From IMG/VR virus record IMGVR_UViG_3300030002_000003, positions 1-64,000 of that record: a stretch of 64,000 nt of DNA; one strand, given 5' to 3'. A program made the translations under genes and the position numbers. The stretch is from a virus. This document shows positions 58,242-64,000 of this stretch, one piece after another (the stretch's first letter is position 1; each line of letters starts with the position of its first letter). A model generated the notes under the pieces. The model saw only the letters and a program-made list of their open reading frames with translations. It was not told the origin of the DNA and did no database searches.

Positions 58242-59119
58242 AGGGGTGTGGTGTATTTGATAGTTCCGTCAATTTCTACTCCTCTAAAGGATACTTTACT
58301 TACTTTTTTGTCTTCTATAAGTTTCAGTAGTAGTTTGTTCGACGACTTCTTTTTGTTAGTATATGATAATTCTATCTTTGTTGCATTGTATTCAACATCG
58401 ATGGTATTTAAAATCTGAGTTTTCGCATTATCAGGATAAGCCATAGACTCTCTTGATGTATACTCTACTATTTCTTCTGTAAAGATTTCATATGGATCTA
58501 CATAAAAACATTGACAAGTATTTAACTTGCTTGCTCCTTCTACATATCTTCCATCACTTGGATAGAACGCTGTCATTGCTCTATTTTTTGCTCCAGCTAA
58601 TACGAAATCTATTATTTCCTTTTTGTTAGCATCTGTAGCTATCATTGTTTTCTGCATGCTTACTGGAACGTCTGGATTCGTTATTGCGATTCCTGCTAAC
58701 ATTCCCTTTGTCATTAAAAATCTGTGTTTAAACATAGTATCCTTTGATATTAACATAAAAATGTCTTCTACGATTATTTCACAGTTTGGCATATTTACTG
58801 CTGATACTGTTGCCCGTGCTAATTTTGTTTCGAAATCGAAATCCAGTTCATCATCTACTCCTATCAATACATCCTTATCTACTATCTTTCCAAATGCTAT
58901 ACATTTGCAATCTAGTAGTCTGTCAGTAAGTGGAGCGAATGTTTCTTGAAATTCTTCATTTCTATATGCTATTCCGTTTAAGTTACATACCTTTCCATTC
59001 ATTAATATGCATGGAATTCCAGGCTTAACTTCAGAAATATGAAACTCCGTGTTCTTTGGAAGCATATCTATTGTGTTTATGCCAGTCTGTACCGGCGGAT
59101 TCATTTTTTTGAAATTCAT
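58238..59119 (-). CDS. Degenerate ATP-dependent DNA ligase-like protein (catalytic motifs lost)
   Basis: SEVKPGIPC aligns by eye to S.KLDG.RC; 'NLNGIAYRNEEFQE', 'DGRYVEG' and an OB-like C-terminus follow phage ligase spacing. Confidence 0.55.
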   Translation of the reverse strand: MNFKKMNPPVQTGINTIDMLPKNTEFHISEVKPGIPCILMNGKVCNLNGIAYRNEEFQETFAPLTDRLLDCKCIAFGKIVDKDVLIGVDDELDFDFETKLARATVSAVNMPNCEIIVEDIFMLISKDTMFKHRFLMTKGMLAGIAITNPDVPVSMQKTMIATDANKKEIIDFVLAGAKNRAMTAFYPSDGRYVEGASKLNTCQCFYVDPYEIFTEEIVEYTSRESMAYPDNAKTQILNTIDVEYNATKIELSYTNKKKSSNKLLLKLIEDKKVSKVSFRGVEIDGTIKYTTPL

Positions 59120-59138
59120 GTTTTCTTGTTTTTAATTG

Positions 59139-59210
59139 TCGGCTAAGCGAGATTTGAACTCGCATACTATCTATTTCTAGATCTCCATGTACCAATGTGG
59201 GCATTAGCCT
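59139..59210 (-). ncRNA. tRNA-like cloverleaf RNA lacking an anticodon (GAAA tetraloop)
   Basis: Minus strand reads AGGCTAA TG CCCA CATTGGTACA TGGA G ATCTA GAAA TAGAT AGTAT GCGAG TTCAAAT CTCGC TTAGCCG A. Confidence 0.8.
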
Positions 59211-59218
59211 TCCGTTAT

Positions 59219-60187
59219 TTAATTAATCATTTGTTCAAAGATATTTGCTGCTTTCGCATATCCTACCTTTTTCACTAAATCACTAATATCTTTTGTTTTG
59301 TACTTCTTATTGATAAAAACGAAGTCTAGATTATACTCTTTTGCTAGTTTTCTAGTAAATTGCATTCCAGTTTTGTCTCTATCATAAAATATTACAATTC
59401 TTTTGAATCTCCCTTTTATAGTGTCTATTGCGATTGTAGATATGATTGCGCTTTCGCTCGGTGGAGCTATTGCCTCATACCCCATTTCATGCAGTGTCAT
59501 AACATCCTTTAAACTTTTGGTGATTATTAATAGATCGCCATTTTCTGACAATTGTTCATACCCCTGAATATCTAAATTGCTTAAGTTTCCTCGCCATTTG
59601 TCAAATTTCTTTGCTAATGGCCTGTATATCTTAAATTTGTTAAACACTTTATAACTGTAAATTGGATTGTCTGATTCGTATTTGCCTTTAACTTCTCCAT
59701 TTACTAGAAATCTAGATAGAGCATTTACATTGTACTCTTCTAAAGTTTCTTTAGATATACCAAACTGTTTCCAGAATAGTAAATCTTTTTCACTAAATGG
59801 TCTTCTAACTACTTTTATCTCAGTTGGCCTACTTGCGAATGTTCGTCTAGTTACCCGTATCTGAATTTGGTCTAGATTCATTTCCTTTTGGATTTCCTCT
59901 AAAGTTTCTTTGTATGTTGTGTAACCTCTTAGTTTCTTTACAAACTTAAATACGCTTCCGCATTCTCCATTTGCAAGATCTTTATATAGTAAAGTTCCGT
60001 CTCTATTGCTCACAAATATTCCAAATGAGGGACTTGGATCTTCCCTCAATGGACTATTATATGATTTCCCAATTTTAAAATCTCCAATGTACCGTTTAAA
60101 AATATCGTATTCCGATACCTTGTCCAATATATCCGAAAATTCTAATCGCTTGGGCTGCGTTTCTAATATAATGTCTGTGTTAAACAT
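59219..60187 (-). CDS. DNA primase (DnaG/TOPRIM, crAss type)
   Basis: SPLREDPSPSF...YKD...GECG N-terminal domain; KIYRP, IQGYEQL, ITKSLKDVM, FYDRDKTG and KDISD. Confidence 0.88.
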   Translation of the reverse strand: MFNTDIILETQPKRLEFSDILDKVSEYDIFKRYIGDFKIGKSYNSPLREDPSPSFGIFVSNRDGTLLYKDLANGECGSVFKFVKKLRGYTTYKETLEEIQKEMNLDQIQIRVTRRTFASRPTEIKVVRRPFSEKDLLFWKQFGISKETLEEYNVNALSRFLVNGEVKGKYESDNPIYSYKVFNKFKIYRPLAKKFDKWRGNLSNLDIQGYEQLSENGDLLIITKSLKDVMTLHEMGYEAIAPPSESAIISTIAIDTIKGRFKRIVIFYDRDKTGMQFTRKLAKEYNLDFVFINKKYKTKDISDLVKKVGYAKAANIFEQMIN

Positions 60188-60199
60188 TTCAATTACTTA

Positions 60200-60787
60200 T
60201 TAGAATGGACTGTTTGAAGTTGCTCCAAATGTAGCGGCTGCTGATTTGGTAGTTTGTTCTACGTCCCCCATTTCTGGTCTAACGAAAACGTCAATCTTTA
60301 AGTCTTTCACTTTTGATTCGCTAGCTGGGATTTCCATGCTTTCGATAAATGTGTATTTGGCGTATTTTGGGAGTGATGTGTATCCCGTATTGCCATATAC
60401 GACTTTTAGTCTAACTTTCTTTGATTTGTCTGTTGCATCTAGCATTCCTTTTACCCATTTACCAAATTGGTCAAATGATTCGGCGCTAAAGCTGCTTAAT
60501 TGTTCTTTTGTATACCAAACTTGTAAGATCTGAAGTATTCTTCTAACTTGGTTATTGGCTTTCGCTTCTAATTCCTCGGTAGACTGATCAGCTCTTTTTG
60601 TTGGTTCATATTCAGTGTGAGTTAACTGTGCTCCGTTCTTATCGAACGCGAATTCTAGAAATAAATTTCCGTTTGCACTTCTTTCCTGTCTAACTCCTAC
60701 TAGGCTTACATCTTCATGTATACCTCCTTCTAAGTATGAAACATCTTTAGTTTCTATCTTAAAAGCACTATCTGTACTAAATATCAT
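60200..60787 (-). CDS. Putative single-stranded DNA-binding protein
   Basis: OB-like N-terminus, 'RLKVVY...GY..LP', flexible tail ending PF; lies between AAA ATPase and primase. Confidence 0.6.
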   Translation of the reverse strand: MIFSTDSAFKIETKDVSYLEGGIHEDVSLVGVRQERSANGNLFLEFAFDKNGAQLTHTEYEPTKRADQSTEELEAKANNQVRRILQILQVWYTKEQLSSFSAESFDQFGKWVKGMLDATDKSKKVRLKVVYGNTGYTSLPKYAKYTFIESMEIPASESKVKDLKIDVFVRPEMGDVEQTTKSAAATFGATSNSPF

Positions 60788-60798
60788 CTTCTTCTCTG

Positions 60799-61542
60799 TT
60801 AATCGTTATCTGGTAAAAATACCCTGTCCCAAAAGGTTGTGATTCTGTTGTCCTCGTCGGATTCAGCGATCACTATTTCTTGTCCCCTTATGTGAGGCTG
60901 TCTGGCCTCTACTATAAAGTCTCCTCCTCCATTGAAATTCAAAATCGTTTGATTCTTCATTCTATAAAGAAATCCTATTGCGTCAGCATCAGCTGCTACT
61001 AGCCTTGCTGTTTTACCTGATAAGTCTATAGACATTTCGCTTAATTCTTTTCCGTCCTTATTGATCATTGCGTCCTTAACGTGGCAAATCAATATTAATG
61101 TAGGGGATAGTGTTTTAAACATGTCTATAACCTTAAAGAAGGCCTCTCTTACGAAAAGCCATCCAGCTCCATTTGGAAGTTTTCTAACGTCATCGTTGTA
61201 GTTCTTTCCTTGTGGAGTTTCTTGGTAAAGTTTTAAAGCAAGCGGCATAATCATTTCTTCCAACTTAGTTCCATTGTCAATGGTTACATAGTTATAGATA
61301 TATTTGCCAGCTGCTTTATTTGCTGTTGCAATTGATGCGGCTGTTTCAGAAAGTTCTGTTATATTTGCAGCCTTCACTACCATTGCTGATAAGAAATCTG
61401 TCCCGTTTTCGAGGTCAATTATAAGGTTATTTTCTAAAGCAGCCGCGATTGTAGTCTTTCCTGACTTAGGTTTCCCAAAGTACACGAAAAATTTTGGATT
61501 TGATATTTTCGGAGTGCTTTTTATCGTTGGTAGTGTAATCAT
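60799..61542 (-). CDS. AAA_24/Sak4-like ATPase
   Basis: Walker A GKPKSGKT, IIDLENG, TIDNGT, LPNGAGW, ILICHVKD and ADAIG. Confidence 0.85.
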   Translation of the reverse strand: MITLPTIKSTPKISNPKFFVYFGKPKSGKTTIAAALENNLIIDLENGTDFLSAMVVKAANITELSETAASIATANKAAGKYIYNYVTIDNGTKLEEMIMPLALKLYQETPQGKNYNDDVRKLPNGAGWLFVREAFFKVIDMFKTLSPTLILICHVKDAMINKDGKELSEMSIDLSGKTARLVAADADAIGFLYRMKNQTILNFNGGGDFIVEARQPHIRGQEIVIAESDEDNRITTFWDRVFLPDND

Positions 61543-61656
61543 ATATTTTTATGTATATTCTGACGCTACTGTGATTTGTATTTTGATAAGATTTGATAAG
61601 TGGTGATATGATTTGTTAATTATTCACGGCTCTGTCATTTGTATTTCATCCGAAGA

Positions 61657-62196
61657 TTAGTACAAGTTTTTGATTGTGATCACCAGCGTTTTGATTGTTT
61701 CCAATTGAGCTGATGTGTAAACATTACTGTTCGCTTTGGTGCGAGGGATAATGTTCAAACCAATTTTGAAGAAGTTATCGAAAACTTCTACCTTTTGGCC
61801 TCCTGTGTAGAATGATGAACCGGTTTCACGAGTTACATATTTTGGTGCAGGTTTGCGAGCTGCTGCGAATGCGGCAAGTTCTGATTCGATTTTATTCCAA
61901 TCTTTTAACAGATTGTATACTGGATTGTAACCTTTGCCACATGCGTAGTTAGGATCTTTTACCCAGTTAATATCGTGGTTTTTCGCGGTTCCGAAAGTCA
62001 ACAATTCTGTTGGTCCGGCATATTCAATTCCTCGTAGCTCACGACCCGATTTCAATGTGAAAGGGGCATCCATACCGGCAATGGTTAACCATGGGTATTT
62101 TGTGGTGATGTTTTTTACAAACTGTGATTTGTAATAACCGTTTTTGTCTTGAGCGATCGTTGGCAATTGTACTGCGAAAGTTGATTTATTTGTCAT
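61657..62196 (-). CDS. Hypothetical protein
   Basis: 179-aa ORF with high-expression codon usage inside the replication operon. Confidence 0.7.
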   Translation of the reverse strand: MTNKSTFAVQLPTIAQDKNGYYKSQFVKNITTKYPWLTIAGMDAPFTLKSGRELRGIEYAGPTELLTFGTAKNHDINWVKDPNYACGKGYNPVYNLLKDWNKIESELAAFAAARKPAPKYVTRETGSSFYTGGQKVEVFDNFFKIGLNIIPRTKANSNVYTSAQLETIKTLVITIKNLY

Positions 62197-62207
62197 CCTG
62201 GTAATTT

Positions 62208-63209
62208 TTAAATTTTAATTTCTAATTGTGTCTCTGGCGCTTTTTGTTCTTCTTCTTCAGATTCTTTTAAGTTATTATATTTTAAGTCGTTTATGAACTT
62301 AAGTATTTTAACTTCCCCCTCTCTATTCTTTATTATGTGTAGGTATATGCAGTCTCTTACAGGGAGGTTTTGAAATCCATAAGATAGGATTCCTAGTATT
62401 TCGGGGCGGTGTATTACTATTACGTAATCTGAACCTTGAAATACTGCATCACTTGACGATAAGTCTGAGCGTTGTGGGTAATGCAATGAACTATTGTTTA
62501 TCCTCTCTGGACTTTCAATGTTTCTGTTCATTTGCGATATCTGAATAATGGAGGTTTTGCCAATTTTCTTAGCCTCCATAAGTGTTTTCTCTAAATCTAC
62601 TATTATTTCTCTTTCTCCACCAGTACCACTACCTTTAATTAGTAATGTATGGTCTATTATAACAACTAGCCATTTTCCTTTGGCTAGCGTCTCCTGAAAG
62701 AAACTAATAGTATTTGCAATCTCTTGTACATTCCCTGGTGTGTCTACATAGTAAATCGGATAGTTTACTATCTCCTTTGCTTCTGATTCTACACTGGCAA
62801 TGTCCGCTTCTGATATAGGGCCTGATTCGGCCGCACTATATAATTCAGTAGTGGTTTTTTTGAGTTTGTAGGATAATTTTCTACCAACTTGCTTACTCGC
62901 TAACATCTCAAATGAAAACGATAATACGATTGTTGATTCATCCTGATTTAGATCTATTAGATCAGTTTCTAACGAATTCACAAATGAACTTTTACCACTG
63001 CCAGAAATTCCGGCAATTGTATATATTGCATTTGGCTCTATACCCCCCATTGTTAGTCGGTTTAGTTTAGGCCATCTCGTTACTAACGATTTTGCTTTAT
63101 TTGTTCTTCTGTCTTTGATATATCTAACAATTTCTCCTGTTGCTGATGATATATGCCTGTAAGTTAATATCTTTTTATTCGACTTTAGCTCCATACATTT
63201 CATCTGCAT
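62208..63209 (-). CDS. Replicative SF4 (DnaB-like) helicase, C-terminal domain only
   Basis: GISGSGKS, FSFEM, IIDH, ISQMNRNIE, P.RSD...SD and IIKNREGE. Confidence 0.9.
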   Translation of the reverse strand: MQMKCMELKSNKKILTYRHISSATGEIVRYIKDRRTNKAKSLVTRWPKLNRLTMGGIEPNAIYTIAGISGSGKSSFVNSLETDLIDLNQDESTIVLSFSFEMLASKQVGRKLSYKLKKTTTELYSAAESGPISEADIASVESEAKEIVNYPIYYVDTPGNVQEIANTISFFQETLAKGKWLVVIIDHTLLIKGSGTGGEREIIVDLEKTLMEAKKIGKTSIIQISQMNRNIESPERINNSSLHYPQRSDLSSSDAVFQGSDYVIVIHRPEILGILSYGFQNLPVRDCIYLHIIKNREGEVKILKFINDLKYNNLKESEEEEQKAPETQLEIKI

Positions 63210-63741
63210 TTCTAATCACACTTACATCGTTCATGGCATCAGCATAGAGTAACCACTCTTCTGATAATAACCATTTTGACATCCTCTTCATGTATTGCAA
63301 TGAATTTCCTGCTTTTCGAGTTTTAACCTCGAAATTGAGACACTCAAGCATTGATTCATGCTTACTTAAACTTTTTCCTACTATCTTTTGATAGTATTTT
63401 CTGCACCTTGAAATATCACCACGTAGGTAATCCTTCTGTCCATCTGGTCGAGTCGTTGAAGTTGGATAAGCTTCATAGAATTCATCGAAAAAGTCTCTTT
63501 GCTTATACTTCATTTTGAAGTTTTCAGTAAGATGCAGATTCTTTGTTATTCCATCAGTGTAAGTTGATTCTGTTGTTAGTATATTTTGTTCTTTTAAATT
63601 ATTAATATCTGTATCATCAATGCGGATAACATTAATCAATGATTTGATATCAATTTTGTCTATTAATAATTTAATTAGTACAAACTGATTCATAGTAATT
63701 TTAAGGCGTTTAGCCTCGTCCAAATCTATTTCTATCAGCAT
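63175..63741 (-). CDS. Putative replication initiator/helicase loader-like protein
   Basis: N-terminal wHTH-like segment, 'FDEFYEAYP' and 'YMKRMSKWL..EEW'; overlaps the helicase start. Confidence 0.55.
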   Translation of the reverse strand: MLIEIDLDEAKRLKITMNQFVLIKLLIDKIDIKSLINVIRIDDTDINNLKEQNILTTESTYTDGITKNLHLTENFKMKYKQRDFFDEFYEAYPTSTTRPDGQKDYLRGDISRCRKYYQKIVGKSLSKHESMLECLNFEVKTRKAGNSLQYMKRMSKWLLSEEWLLYADAMNDVSVIRNADEMYGAKVE

Positions 63742-64000
63742 TCTATTTTTTACTTTAAAGTTAAAAAGGGAATATTTGATAAAATTTGATATGATTTGTG
63801 TTTGTAGGAGTGGTATCGACTTCCGGAATCGGCTAGTATAAAACTCCCTAAAAATAATTCTAGCATTCTTTTATAGACGCAATAATGCAAATTTTGTCTA
63901 TATTTTTATTGGTAGATTAGTAATGCATGAGTAATTTATGTCGGACTCGATTGCTTGCCGTATTTATTACTAATCTATTGTTAAAGCGAGGGGATTGGAC

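Noticed and set aside
59139-59210. Canonical tRNA (Leu-TAG, Ser-AGA, Phe-GAA or amber suppressor CTA)
   Set aside because: No register gives a 7-nt loop closed by a paired stem; ATCTA/TAGAT allows only 4-, 6- or 8-nt loops.
61571-63800. Bacteroidota sigma-A promoters (TAnnTTTG) in the TTTG-rich repeats
   Set aside because: The spacing does not match TAnnTTTG, and the TTTG words lie on the strand opposite to the downstream genes.
1-64000. Stop-codon reassignment (TAG to Gln or TGA to Trp), known in some crAss-like clades
   Set aside because: Very long ORFs are open under code 11. TAG (9887, 17597, 52499) and TGA (9417, 55632, 58238) end genes at sensible boundaries. No suppressor tRNA was seen.
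63979-64000. Possible 3' end of another tRNA-like element on the minus strand (GTCCAATCCCCTCGC...)
   Set aside because: Truncated by the window edge; cannot be evaluated.

Overview
This window is a 64-kb segment of a crAss-like (Crassvirales-type) phage of Bacteroidota using the standard genetic code. The + strand (1-52499) carries the late/virion block in this order: C-terminus of the large terminase; portal interrupted by a LAGLIDADG intein; acidic scaffold-like protein; major capsid protein; an inserted five-gene 'CCC' cassette; ring, auxiliary-capsid and fibre genes; lysis genes; a muzzle/tail-stabilisation gene split in two; ejected cargo proteins; a 4522-aa virion RNA polymerase polyprotein (DFDIDK); and a 2111-aa polyvalent protein (ART-like, metallopeptidase, GNAT). 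The - strand (52563-63741) carries a replication block (helicase, AAA ATPase, SSB-like protein, primase, PD-(D/E)XK nuclease). An unusual locus sits inside that block: a tRNA cloverleaf whose anticodon loop is replaced by a GAAA tetraloop, a catalytically dead ATP-dependent ligase homologue, an 'SCM'-motif protein, an M28-type peptidase and a candidate ~220-nt structured RNA ending at a terminator. Other oddities are a circularly permuted Fib_succ_major domain found in two different virion genes and CBM5/12-like modules inserted into a tail ring protein. All family assignments come from motif recognition by eye and gene order; no searches were run.
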